Shown in pieces: positions 8,437 to 16,976 of a stretch of 64,000 bases of DNA (its first letter is position 1; every line of letters begins with the position of its first letter). Made by a program: the position numbers and the translations under genes. The DNA comes from Rhodospirillales bacterium (GTDB lineage Bacteria; Pseudomonadota; Alphaproteobacteria; CACIAM-22H2): positions 5,029 through 69,028 of the forward strand of contig JAEUKY010000332.1 of assembly GCA_016794005.1 (NCBI GenBank), read 5' to 3'. The notes under the pieces are model-generated. The model was not told where the DNA came from and did no database searches. It worked only from the letters and a program-made list of their open reading frames with translations.

Positions 8437-8936
8437 GCGGCTGGTTCGTCGTCCATACCCAGCCTTCTTCGGAACTGAGGGCGGAGGCCAATCTCCGCCG
8501 CCAGGGCTACGAGACCTATCTGCCCCTATACCGGCGGCGTCGCTCGCACGCCCGGCGCATCGAATTCGTCGATCGGCCGCTGTTTCCCCGTTACCTATTC
8601 GTCCGCTTCGATCCGTCGGCCGACCGCTGGCGCCCGATCCTCGGAACGTTCGGTGTCTGCGGGCTGGTGCGGTTCGGTGACGTTCCGGTCCCGGTTCCGG
8701 CAGGGATCGTCGATGCCCTGCGCGCCAGCGAAGCGGCGCGGACGTTCGACGATCCGGTCTCGCCGATGCGCAATCTCGGCGTCGGCGCGCAGGTCCGCGT
8801 CATCGCTGGCCCCTTTGCCGATCTGGTCGGCAAGTTCAAGGCTCTCGCAGACATGGAGCGGGTCGTCGTCCTGCTCGACCTGCTGGGGCGCGAAGTATCC
8901 GTCCGTCTGTCCGAGAGGGCGGTCGCGGTGGCCTAG
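8433..8936 (+). CDS. NusG-paralog transcription antiterminator (RfaH/NusG-SP-like)
   Basis: The GTG start overlaps the upstream TGA (GTGA). The N-terminus is NGN-like (WFVVHTQPSSELRAEANLRRQGYETYLPL...RPLFPRYLFVRF) and the C-terminus is KOW-like (GAQVRVIAGPFADLVGKF). Length is 167 aa. Confidence 0.7.
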   Translation: MSGWFVVHTQPSSELRAEANLRRQGYETYLPLYRRRRSHARRIEFVDRPLFPRYLFVRFDPSADRWRPILGTFGVCGLVRFGDVPVPVPAGIVDALRASEAARTFDDPVSPMRNLGVGAQVRVIAGPFADLVGKFKALADMERVVVLLDLLGREVSVRLSERAVAVA

Positions 8937-9007
8937 GCCGCCGGCCCCGAAAGGGCGGGCGTTTCGCGAAGATATCGAAAAGCCGGGCGACATGCGGTCA
9001 CCCGGAG

Positions 9008-9019
9008 TGCGGTAGCCTG
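9008..9019 (+). promoter_or_regulatory. ops-like element TGCGGTAGCCTG (10/12 match to enterobacterial GGCGGTAGCGTG) in the operon leader
   Basis: It sits on the sense strand, about 70 nt after the RfaH-like stop and about 50 nt before the GTG start at 9073. Positional support only; a chance match is not excluded. Confidence 0.4.
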
Positions 9020-9072
9020 CCCGGATTTCGCCAGCAGATCCGCTTCACGTCAGAACGGAAAGTCCCGTCCAG

Positions 9073-10197
9073 GTGCAGTTCATCGACCTTCAGTCCCAGC
9101 GCGCGCGTCTGGGTACCGCTCTCGAGGACGCGATCCTGCGCGTCGTGCGCAGCGGCCAGTACATTCTCGGTCCCGAAGTCGCCACGCTCGAGCGTCAACT
9201 CGAAGCATTCTGCGGTGCGCGTCACGCGCTGACCGTCGCCAACGGCACCGATGCGCTTGCGCTCGCGTTGATGGCGTTCGGTGTGAAGGCCGGCGACGCC
9301 GTACTTGTCCCGTCGTTCACCTTCGCGGCGACCGGCGAAGTCGTCGTCTGGTTCGGCGCGACGCCGATCTTCGTCGACTGCCTGCCGGACACCTTCAACA
9401 TCGATCCGGCCAGCATCGAAGCGGGCATCGCGACCGCGAAGCGGCTCGGCCTGCGGCCCATCGGCGTCATCCCGGTCGATCTTTTCGGACTGCCGGCGGA
9501 TTACGACGCGATCGAAGCGATCTGCGCTGCGAACGCCATGTGGATTCTTGCCGATACCGCGCAGGGCTTCGGTGCTACCTACAAGGGACGGCGCACCGGC
9601 TCGATCGGACGGGTCGCGGCGACGTCGTTCTTTCCGGCGAAGCCGCTCGGCTGCTACGGCGACGGCGGCGCCATCTTCTTCGAAGACGATGCGCTGCTCG
9701 AACCACTCCTCTCGCTCCGCGTGCACGGCCAGGGCGTCGATCGCTATGACAACGTCCGGATCGGCATGAACGGCCGAATGGACACAATCCAGGCGGCCGT
9801 CCTGATCGAGAAGCTCAAGATCTTCCCGGACGAAATCGCCGCGCGCAACCGGATCGCGGAGCGCTATTCCGCAGCGCTTGAAAAGCACGTGATCGTTCCG
9901 CGCATACCGACCGGCCTGACGAGCGTCTGGGCCCAGTACACGATCCGCGTGCCTGACGGAAGGCGCGATGCGGTTGCCGCGAAACTCAAGGAGGCGGGTA
10001 TCCCGTCTGCGATCTACTACGTCAAGCCGATGCACAGGCAGACCGCGTACTCGGAATATCCGGTCGCCGCGAACGGGTTGCCGGTAAGCGACGTGCTCGC
10101 AGGCGAGGTGTTGAGCCTGCCGATGCATCCGTATCTGTCCGAAGCCGATCAGGATCGCATCGCGTCGACCGTGCGCGCGGCGCTCGAGGCGCGATAG
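9073..10197 (+). CDS. DegT/DnrJ/EryC1-family PLP-dependent sugar aminotransferase, WbpE-like
   Basis: MQFIDLQSQ...GQYILGPEVATLERQLEAFCGARHALTVANGTDAL and SFFPAKPLGCYGDGGAIF closely resemble WbpE-type 3-oxo-sugar aminotransferases. The start codon is GTG, with GGAAAG about 10 nt upstream. Confidence 0.85.
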   Translation: MQFIDLQSQRARLGTALEDAILRVVRSGQYILGPEVATLERQLEAFCGARHALTVANGTDALALALMAFGVKAGDAVLVPSFTFAATGEVVVWFGATPIFVDCLPDTFNIDPASIEAGIATAKRLGLRPIGVIPVDLFGLPADYDAIEAICAANAMWILADTAQGFGATYKGRRTGSIGRVAATSFFPAKPLGCYGDGGAIFFEDDALLEPLLSLRVHGQGVDRYDNVRIGMNGRMDTIQAAVLIEKLKIFPDEIAARNRIAERYSAALEKHVIVPRIPTGLTSVWAQYTIRVPDGRRDAVAAKLKEAGIPSAIYYVKPMHRQTAYSEYPVAANGLPVSDVLAGEVLSLPMHPYLSEADQDRIASTVRAALEAR

Positions 10198-10208
10198 GGA
10201 TCAACGCA

Positions 10209-11252
10209 ATGACCGCACTTACAAGGCCGTTCGACAAGCCGTTCCACGATCTGCGCGGCGCGTCGATCCTGATAACCGGCGGTACGGGTTCGTTCGGCCG
10301 CGCGTTCGTCGCGCGCCTACTCGCCCTTCCGACGCCGCCCGATCGTATCGTGATCTTCTCGCGCGACGAGCAGAAGCAGGAAACGATGGCGCGCGAATGG
10401 TCGGGGCGCCCCGACCTGTACGACCGCCTGCGCTTCTTCATCGGCGATGTCCGCGACGCCCAGCGGCTCGAACTCGCCATGCGCGGGGTCGACCACGTGG
10501 TCCACGCGGCGGCCCTCAAGATCGTGCCGATCGCCGAGTACAACCCGTTCGAATGCGTCCTCACGAATGTCCATGGTGCCGAGAACGTCGTCAAGGCGGC
10601 GCTGCGCAACCAGGTGCGCAAGGTGATCGCGCTGTCGACCGACAAGGCCGCCAATCCAGCCAATCTCTACGGTGCGACGAAGCTGGCGTCCGACAAGATC
10701 ATGGTCGCGGCGAACAATCTGTCCGGCGATCTGGGCACGCAGTTCTCGGTCGTCCGGTACGGCAACGTCATCGGCAGCCGCGGTTCCGTCGTGCCGCTCT
10801 TCCGCTCGCTGATCGCGTCGGGCGCCAAGAGCTTGCCGATCACCGACCCGCGCATGACGCGCTTCCTCATCACACTCGAGCAGGGTGTCGCGTTCGTGCT
10901 GTCCAGTTTCGGAACGATGCGGGGCGGCGAGATCTTCGTGCCGAGGATTCCGTCGATGAAGATGGTCGATCTGGCGCGCGCACTGGCCCCTGGTCTGCCG
11001 CACGAGAATGTCGGCATCCGTCCCGGCGAGAAGCTGCACGAAGTGATGATCACCGAGGACGATGCCCGCATGACGCTCTCATTGGGCGACCGCTTTGCGA
11101 TCTGCCCGGCAAACCGGAACTGGACCGATGCGCACCTGCGCGCGCTCGGTGGAATGCCGGTCGACGAAATGTTCCGCTATGGCTCGGACAACAACGACGA
11201 ATGGCTCGATGCGGCCGGCCTCCTCGCGATCGTCGGAGGGTCGAAACCTTGA
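10209..11252 (+). CDS. pseB: UDP-N-acetylglucosamine 4,6-dehydratase (inverting), PseB/FlaA1 type
   Basis: ILITGGTGSFG, FFIGDVRD, VVHAAALKIVPIAEYNPFECVLTNVHGAENV and STDKAANPANLYGATKLASDK are typical of PseB. Confidence 0.9.
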   Translation: MTALTRPFDKPFHDLRGASILITGGTGSFGRAFVARLLALPTPPDRIVIFSRDEQKQETMAREWSGRPDLYDRLRFFIGDVRDAQRLELAMRGVDHVVHAAALKIVPIAEYNPFECVLTNVHGAENVVKAALRNQVRKVIALSTDKAANPANLYGATKLASDKIMVAANNLSGDLGTQFSVVRYGNVIGSRGSVVPLFRSLIASGAKSLPITDPRMTRFLITLEQGVAFVLSSFGTMRGGEIFVPRIPSMKMVDLARALAPGLPHENVGIRPGEKLHEVMITEDDARMTLSLGDRFAICPANRNWTDAHLRALGGMPVDEMFRYGSDNNDEWLDAAGLLAIVGGSKP

Positions 11253-12433
11253 GTGCAGGCATCCTTCCCTACGGCCGGCAGACGATCGAGGACGACGACG
11301 TCGCGGCGATCGCGGCCGCGATGCGGGGCGACTTCCTCACGACCGGGCCGACCGTCGCGAAGTTCGAAGCCGCCTTCGCGACGGCGACCGGTGCGGCACA
11401 TGCCGTCGCGTCGAATTCCGGAACCGCAGCGCTCCATCTGGCGGCACTCGCTCTCGATCTCGGTCCCGGGGATGCGGCCATCGTTCCGAGCGTCACGTTC
11501 CTTGCGACCGCGAATGCGGTGCGCATGACGGGCGCCGACGTCGCGTTCGCCGATGTCGATCCAGAGACCGGCCTGCTGCGGCCGGCCGACATGCTCGATG
11601 CGCTTGCGCGCGCCCGCGCGCGCGGCTGGCGCGTGCGGGCAGCGTTCCCGGTCCATCTCAACGGCCGGATCTGCGACATGCCGGCCCTTGCCGAGGCCGC
11701 ACGGCCGCACGGCATGGCACTCGTCGAGGATGCGTGCCATGCGCTCGGTGCTGCCGATGTCGGGGCCTGCCGGCACTCCTTCGCCGCAGTGTTCTCGACC
11801 CATGCGGTCAAGGCGATCGCGACGGGCGAGGGTGGTGTCACGACGACGGCCGACCGGCAGGCCGCACGCAGGATGGCAGCGCTTCGCTCGCACGGCATGG
11901 AGCGTGACCCGACGGCTTTCGTCGACCGTGCGGCGGCCTTCGACGACAACGTGCCAAACCCCTGGTACTACGAGATGCCGGAAATCGGCTGGAACTACCG
12001 ACTTCCGGATGTGCTCTGCGCGCTGGGCCTGAGCCAGTTGCCTAAGCTCGCGCGCTTCCAGGCGCGCCGGCAAGCGATCGCGGCACTGTACGATCGGCTG
12101 CTGGCACCGCTCGCACCGATGCTGCGCCCGGTGCCGCGCGAAGGGGCGGCGCACGGCCTGCACCTCTTCGCCGTGCTCGTCGACTTCGCGGCACTCGGAA
12201 CCACGCGCCGCCGGTTCGTGGAAGCGCTGCGCGCGGACGGCATCGGCACGCAGGTCCATTACAAGCCCGTCCATACGCAGCCCTATTACGTCGAGCGCTA
12301 CGGCACGCTGACCCTGCCGGGTGCGGACGCATACTACGCGCGCTGTCTGTCGATCCCGTTCTATCCGACACTGTCGGACGCGGATGTCGAGCGCGTGGCC
12401 AACTCGCTCGCCCGGCTCGTGGCGGCCCGGTGA
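11249..12433 (+). CDS. pseC: UDP-4-amino-4,6-dideoxy-N-acetyl-beta-L-altrosamine transaminase, PseC type
   Basis: A TTG start overlaps the pseB TGA. ILPYGRQTIEDDDVAAI...LTTGPTVAKFEAAFA...SNSGTAALHLA...HAVKAIATGEGG follows the PseC N-terminal and Lys-region pattern. The upstream part of ORF 10397..12433 overlaps pseB and was trimmed. Confidence 0.85.
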   Translation: MSAGILPYGRQTIEDDDVAAIAAAMRGDFLTTGPTVAKFEAAFATATGAAHAVASNSGTAALHLAALALDLGPGDAAIVPSVTFLATANAVRMTGADVAFADVDPETGLLRPADMLDALARARARGWRVRAAFPVHLNGRICDMPALAEAARPHGMALVEDACHALGAADVGACRHSFAAVFSTHAVKAIATGEGGVTTTADRQAARRMAALRSHGMERDPTAFVDRAAAFDDNVPNPWYYEMPEIGWNYRLPDVLCALGLSQLPKLARFQARRQAIAALYDRLLAPLAPMLRPVPREGAAHGLHLFAVLVDFAALGTTRRRFVEALRADGIGTQVHYKPVHTQPYYVERYGTLTLPGADAYYARCLSIPFYPTLSDADVERVANSLARLVAAR

Positions 12434-13152
12434 AGACCGCCGTCGTCGTCCAGGCAAGGGTCGGGTCGAGCCGACTGCCCGGTAAGGTCCTGAAGCCGCT
12501 CGGTCCGAGAACCGTGCTGGAAGAAGTGCTGCGCCGCTGCGCCGCCGTGCCGGGTGCGGGCATCGTCGTCTGCGCGATACCCGACGGCGCCGCCGCCGAA
12601 CCCATAGCACGTCTCGCGCAGGCCGCCGGTGCTGTCGTCGTGCGTGGTCCTGAAGCCGACGTGCGCGCGCGCTACTTGCTTGCGGCAGATGCCGTCGGTG
12701 CCGACATTGTCCTGCGCGTGACGTCCGACTGCCCGTTGATCGATCCGGAGCTTTGTGCGGCGGTCCTAGCGACGCGCGCGGCGGCGGGTGCCGATTACTG
12801 CGCCAACAACATGCCGCCGTCGTTCCCGCACGGACTCGACTGCGAGGCCTTCACGACGCCGGCACTGCGACGAGCGGTTGCGTCCGACGGATCCGATGAC
12901 GATCGCGAACACGTCACTCCGTGGCTGCGCCGTTCCGAAGGAATCTCGCGCGCAGCGCTCGTCGGTCCCGGCGGCGCGTTCGCCGGACAGCGCTGGACGC
13001 TTGACTGGCCCGAAGATCTCGATTTCCTGCGCGCCGCAGTCGATCTCGCCGGCGAACGCGATCACTTCGTCCCGTGGTTCGATCTCGCGGCGCGCCTCGC
13101 CGCACGCCCGGACCTGCTTGCGATCAATTCCGTGCGCCAGCAGGCGCGCTGA
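12430..13152 (+). CDS. SpsF/FlmC-type cytidylyltransferase-fold protein (candidate CMP-nonulosonate synthetase)
   Basis: The GTG start overlaps the pseC TGA. VVVQARVGSSRLPGKVLKPL and RVTSDCPLIDPE match the SpsF-like nucleotidyltransferase pattern. Confidence 0.7.
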   Translation: MKTAVVVQARVGSSRLPGKVLKPLGPRTVLEEVLRRCAAVPGAGIVVCAIPDGAAAEPIARLAQAAGAVVVRGPEADVRARYLLAADAVGADIVLRVTSDCPLIDPELCAAVLATRAAAGADYCANNMPPSFPHGLDCEAFTTPALRRAVASDGSDDDREHVTPWLRRSEGISRAALVGPGGAFAGQRWTLDWPEDLDFLRAAVDLAGERDHFVPWFDLAARLAARPDLLAINSVRQQAR

Positions 13153-13165
13153 TTTACGACTTTCC

Positions 13166-13171
13166 AAGGAG
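13166..13171 (+). promoter_or_regulatory. Consensus Shine-Dalgarno AAGGAG 8 nt upstream of the radical SAM gene start
   Basis: Read directly. It lies in the largest intergenic gap (27 nt) of the 23-gene run. Confidence 0.6.
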
Positions 13172-13179
13172 TCCACCCG

Positions 13180-14274
13180 ATGGCCAAACAAGCCGAATCT
13201 GAGTCCGCTGTGGTCGACACGCCCGATCGTCATGTGCCGGAATACATGGCCTCACACGGCCAGGAGACGGTCGAGCAGAAGCTGCTGCGCAACCAGGTGC
13301 CGAAGTTTGGACAGAAATTCGCAGACTATCGCGCGGAGTATTTGCGCAGCCTGAACTACGACAAGGAGGATTACGTCGCAGGCTTCCCGATCACCCTCAA
13401 CATCGAGCTGGTCAACCGCTGCAATCTCTCCTGTATCATGTGCTACACGATCAATCACAAGGGCGAGAAGCACACGCTGTCGCTCGATCAGATGCGAGGG
13501 ATGGCCAAAGAAATCAAGGCCCACAATCTTCCCGCGATGATCGTCGGGTTGGGTTCGGAAGCGCTGCTCTACAAGGATTTCAAGAACGTCCTCGACATCT
13601 GCCTCGAAGCGGGCGTGATGGACCTGATCCTGTACACCAACGGTGTGCTGCTGACGCGCGAAACGTCGGAGTACCTCGTCCGTTCCGGCATTTCGCGCAT
13701 CCACGTCTCTCTCGACGCCGCGACACCGGAAACCTACGTCAAGATTCGCGGTAAGCCGGAACTCGACCGCATCGAGAAGAATATCGAGACGTTTCTCGAA
13801 GTGCGCAAGTCGCTGGGCTCGGAGTTGCCGATTCTGCGCGTCGCGTTCTGCGTCCAAGCGGAAAACCTCCACGAGCGCGAGGCTTTCCGAAAGAAATGGG
13901 AAGGTAAGGCTGATCGCGTCGACTTCCAGCTCATGGCCCCCGAAAAGCACGTCGACGATGTCAAGAATGCGACGCCTGACCTCGCCAAGAAGGTCGGCTT
14001 TTTCCACAAGGAGCTGCTCGACAAGCCGTGGTGCTCGATGCCGTTCAACTCGCTCAGTGTCTGGGCGGACGGTGGAGTGACGCCGTGCTGCTCGTTCATG
14101 GGCAAGAACCTGACGCTCGGCAACATCAAGGAAAGCTCCCTCGAGGAGATCTGGCGCGGCGAGAAGATTGAAAAACTCCGCAACGAGTTCCGCACTGGGA
14201 AGCTGAATCCGTCGTGCGAGCTCTGCATCTCGGGTCGCGATCTCGACTCTTTCCGCAAGCAGCTCGAGGACTGA
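13180..14274 (+). CDS. Radical SAM enzyme with a C-terminal SPASM/twitch-like Cys-rich domain
   Basis: It has a CNLSCIMC (C-x3-C-x2-C) cluster motif after ITLNIELVNR. The C-terminal Cys cluster is WCSMPF...TPCCSF...NPSCELC. G+C is visibly lower than in neighbours (hand counts of 34/60 and 32/60 on lines 13441 and 13501). Confidence 0.85.
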   Translation: MAKQAESESAVVDTPDRHVPEYMASHGQETVEQKLLRNQVPKFGQKFADYRAEYLRSLNYDKEDYVAGFPITLNIELVNRCNLSCIMCYTINHKGEKHTLSLDQMRGMAKEIKAHNLPAMIVGLGSEALLYKDFKNVLDICLEAGVMDLILYTNGVLLTRETSEYLVRSGISRIHVSLDAATPETYVKIRGKPELDRIEKNIETFLEVRKSLGSELPILRVAFCVQAENLHEREAFRKKWEGKADRVDFQLMAPEKHVDDVKNATPDLAKKVGFFHKELLDKPWCSMPFNSLSVWADGGVTPCCSFMGKNLTLGNIKESSLEEIWRGEKIEKLRNEFRTGKLNPSCELCISGRDLDSFRKQLED

Positions 14275-14278
14275 CGCG

Positions 14279-15955
14279 TTGGATCTCGGTCGCGAAATCC
14301 TCCGGGTACGGCGCTTCGCGGGCGAGACGCTCGACCGTTTGCGCGCACTGGGGCCGGCCGCGCGTGCTCGCGCGGCGCGCGTGCAGCGCCTGCGCGATGC
14401 TGGTGACGGACTGATGCGTACACTGTCCGACGGCGCCGTACCCGGCGGCCGCGCGGCGGTCGCCGGGCGCGTGCTTGTGGACGGCACCTGGGACAACGCG
14501 AATTACTGGTTCCGCTTCGCCATGGTCCGCCGCGCGCTCGGCCTCTCTGGCGTCACGATGACCGGTCTCGTCGGCGCGTTCCGCCGTGGGGAAGTCGCTG
14601 CGACGTTCGAGCGTTTTGGCGTGGACGCGCGGATTGATCTGCAGGCGCTATCCCGCATTGAGCCACGCCACCGCACCGCCGCGCGTACGCTACTCGCGCG
14701 CGTGCGAACGGCCGAGGATATCCTGCGGGCCGAGCTTCCTGGTGGGATGCCTGGAGAAATCTTCTATGACGGCGTGTTGAAGCGGCAACGCCGTGGGACC
14801 GCCGATCTCGCCGATCCACTGCTTCCCGACCATGTCGCCGAACAGTTCGCGAGTATAGATGCCGCCGTCCGCGTCCTGGACGAAGTCCGGCCAGATCTCC
14901 TTCTGCTGACACACGGACTCAATTTCTCGTATGGATCGCTTGCATGGGAAGGTATCCGGCGCGGCATCCCGGTGCTGCTGCTCTATGGCGACTTCGGGAC
15001 GACGCGCTTCGTGCGCCTGTTCTCGCGTGGTGACCTGTTCGTCTTCCCGTCACGTCCGAGCCGAGCGGAACTTGCAGGTCTTGCACCGGCAACGCGCGTG
15101 GCGCTGGAGCGTGTGGGTGCCGAGCAGCTCGAGCTTCGCCGCCGCGGCAGGACGAACGATATCGGCGGGCGATACGCCTATCGCGCTGGCGGCAGCGCAC
15201 TGTCGAAGGCCGAGATATGTCGGCGCTACGGATGGGATCCGGCGAAGCCGATCGTGGGCGTCTATGCCTCGAACCCGTTCGATTATCCGCATTGCACGGG
15301 CATGTACCATTTTCGCGACTTCGTCGAATGGAACCGCGAGACGGTCGCCGCTGCGGCACGCAATCCGCATGCGAACTTCCTCTGCAAGCCGCACCCGATC
15401 GACCGCCGATACGGCCTCAAGTACGGGGAAGGTCTTGCCGATGCGGTGATGGCTGTCGCGTCGGCGCATGTCCGGTTGGCGGACGAGGCGTGGTCGGGTG
15501 CTGAGCTGATGCGCTGCCTCGACGGCGCGGTCACGCATCACGGCAGCGTCGGGTTCGAAGCCGCCGCGATGGGCATTCCGGTCATGACCACGGATTGCGC
15601 CTGGTACGACGAGGTCGGCTTCGTCGCGCGTCCGGCCAGCAAGGCCGCGTATCTCGACAAGCTCGCTAGCGAATGGTGGCGCGACTGGCCGACGCAGGAA
15701 GCGATCTCGCTCGCGAATCTTGCCGCTGGGCTTTATTACGGCGTGCCCGATTGGCAGGGGGGCTACATTTTCCGCGACGACTCGGATCAGGATGCGATCT
15801 ACGAGACGCTGCCAGCCTTCATCGCGGATCACGGGGTTGCGATCGAACGCGAGATCGCGACGATCCGCGACTGGTACGATGCGGCGCATCCGTTCTTCCA
15901 CATGTTCAAGATGTTTCGCAGCAGCGGCTTTGGCATCGGCAATGCGACGGATTGA
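14279..15955 (+). CDS. Hypothetical protein; putative GT-B HP-motif transferase (KpsS/KpsC capsule-synthesis-like)
   Basis: 558-aa ORF with a TTG start at 14279 (an ATG alternative lies at 14414). NFLCKPHPIDR (KPHP at 15386-15397) is followed by VTHHGSVGFEAAAMGIPVMTTDCAWYDEVGFV. This resembles the HP motif and nucleotide-binding helix of capsule ulosonic-acid transferases. Assignment is by eye. Confidence 0.4.
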   Translation: MDLGREILRVRRFAGETLDRLRALGPAARARAARVQRLRDAGDGLMRTLSDGAVPGGRAAVAGRVLVDGTWDNANYWFRFAMVRRALGLSGVTMTGLVGAFRRGEVAATFERFGVDARIDLQALSRIEPRHRTAARTLLARVRTAEDILRAELPGGMPGEIFYDGVLKRQRRGTADLADPLLPDHVAEQFASIDAAVRVLDEVRPDLLLLTHGLNFSYGSLAWEGIRRGIPVLLLYGDFGTTRFVRLFSRGDLFVFPSRPSRAELAGLAPATRVALERVGAEQLELRRRGRTNDIGGRYAYRAGGSALSKAEICRRYGWDPAKPIVGVYASNPFDYPHCTGMYHFRDFVEWNRETVAAAARNPHANFLCKPHPIDRRYGLKYGEGLADAVMAVASAHVRLADEAWSGAELMRCLDGAVTHHGSVGFEAAAMGIPVMTTDCAWYDEVGFVARPASKAAYLDKLASEWWRDWPTQEAISLANLAAGLYYGVPDWQGGYIFRDDSDQDAIYETLPAFIADHGVAIEREIATIRDWYDAAHPFFHMFKMFRSSGFGIGNATD

Positions 15956-15968
15956 GGCCGACACTGCG

Positions 15969-16976
15969 ATGATCCCCGCATCCGCCAGCATTGCCCGTCT
16001 CCATGGTCCGGGCGATCTTCGTTTCGAAGACGAAGCGCTGCCTGCCGCGCCGGGGACGGGAGAGATCCTTGCGCGGACGCTCTGGTCCACGATCTCGCCC
16101 GGGACGGAGCTTGCGGCGTTCCAGGGTCTGCCGCCCCTGCGGCCTGGCCGCGTCTACCCGCGCCTCGTCGGCTACTGCAACGTCGCAGAGATTCTCGCGA
16201 TCGGCGTTGGCGTCGAAAGGCTTGTACCGGGTATGCGCGTGTTGACATGGCAGAGCCATCGTAGCGCTTTCATCGTGCCGGTCGCGGACGTACTGGCCAT
16301 CCTGCCGCCGGATGCTGATGCACGCGCAGCCAGTGCGGCCTATCTTTTCCATCTTGGTCTCGATGCCGTCCACCGGACCGGCATATCGCTTGGCCACAGG
16401 GTCGCGGTGCTTGGGATGGGGGTGCTCGGGCTTGGCGCTGCGGCGATGGCAGCACGGGCGGGCGCCGATGTTTCCGCGATCACCGCACGGCCGGAGATCG
16501 CAGGGATTGCGCGCGCGATGGGTGCCTGTGCCGTCGTCGGACCGGACGAAGCCGTCGCCGCGGCGCAGGCGACGGATGTCGGCGGTTTCGACAATGTCGT
16601 TTCGACGAGCAACCGGTGGCCGGACTGGGAGCTCGCCTTGCGTCTGGCGCGCAAAGGCGGAACGGTTTCTGTTCTCGGGTTTCCCGGCAGGGGCGAGCCG
16701 CCGTCGCCGTCCAATCCGCTTGCCTCGCAGTATTTCTACGACAAGCAGCTTCGCCTCGTCGCCTGCGGTCAGCCGGTCGAGCGCGATGCGCCGCCGGACG
16801 AGATTCGGTTCACGCTCAAACGCAACATGGCGGATATCGTCGGGCGCATCGCGCGCGGCGACCTGCCGGCCGGCCGCCTACTGACGGGCGAGTATCCCGC
16901 CGCGTCGCTTGCCGACGCATATCGGGCCCTTGCAGCGCGCCGCCCCGGCGACGTGACCTCCGTGCTCGCATGGTGA
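15969..16976 (+). CDS. Medium-chain dehydrogenase/reductase (zinc-type alcohol dehydrogenase-like) family oxidoreductase
   Basis: ISPGTELAAF, GYCNVAEIL and the Rossmann motif VAVLGMGVLGLGAAAMA are present. The start is taken at ATG 15969 (GAGG about 11 nt upstream). ATG 15942, which overlaps the upstream gene, is also possible. Confidence 0.6.
   Translation: MIPASASIARLHGPGDLRFEDEALPAAPGTGEILARTLWSTISPGTELAAFQGLPPLRPGRVYPRLVGYCNVAEILAIGVGVERLVPGMRVLTWQSHRSAFIVPVADVLAILPPDADARAASAAYLFHLGLDAVHRTGISLGHRVAVLGMGVLGLGAAAMAARAGADVSAITARPEIAGIARAMGACAVVGPDEAVAAAQATDVGGFDNVVSTSNRWPDWELALRLARKGGTVSVLGFPGRGEPPSPSNPLASQYFYDKQLRLVACGQPVERDAPPDEIRFTLKRNMADIVGRIARGDLPAGRLLTGEYPAASLADAYRALAARRPGDVTSVLAW

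Noticed and set aside
8937-8965. Possible intrinsic terminator after the RfaH-like gene (GGCCGCCGGCCCC-GAAA-GGGCGGGCG followed by TTT)
   Set aside because: Only about 3 contiguous G:C pairs close the GAAA loop before mismatches, and the U-tract is 3 nt. This is too weak to call.
10397-11248. N-terminal extensions offered by the ORF track for pseC. The same applies at 16616, 21131, 22123, 23343, 24164, 25777, 25809, 27121, 27755, 29913, 38762, 40312, 42506, 47180, 48223, 50161, 52626, 55604
   Set aside because: Each extension overlaps the preceding well-supported gene in another frame and translates to Arg-rich sequence. Family-typical N-termini begin at the downstream ATG/GTG/TTG that overlaps or abuts the upstream stop.
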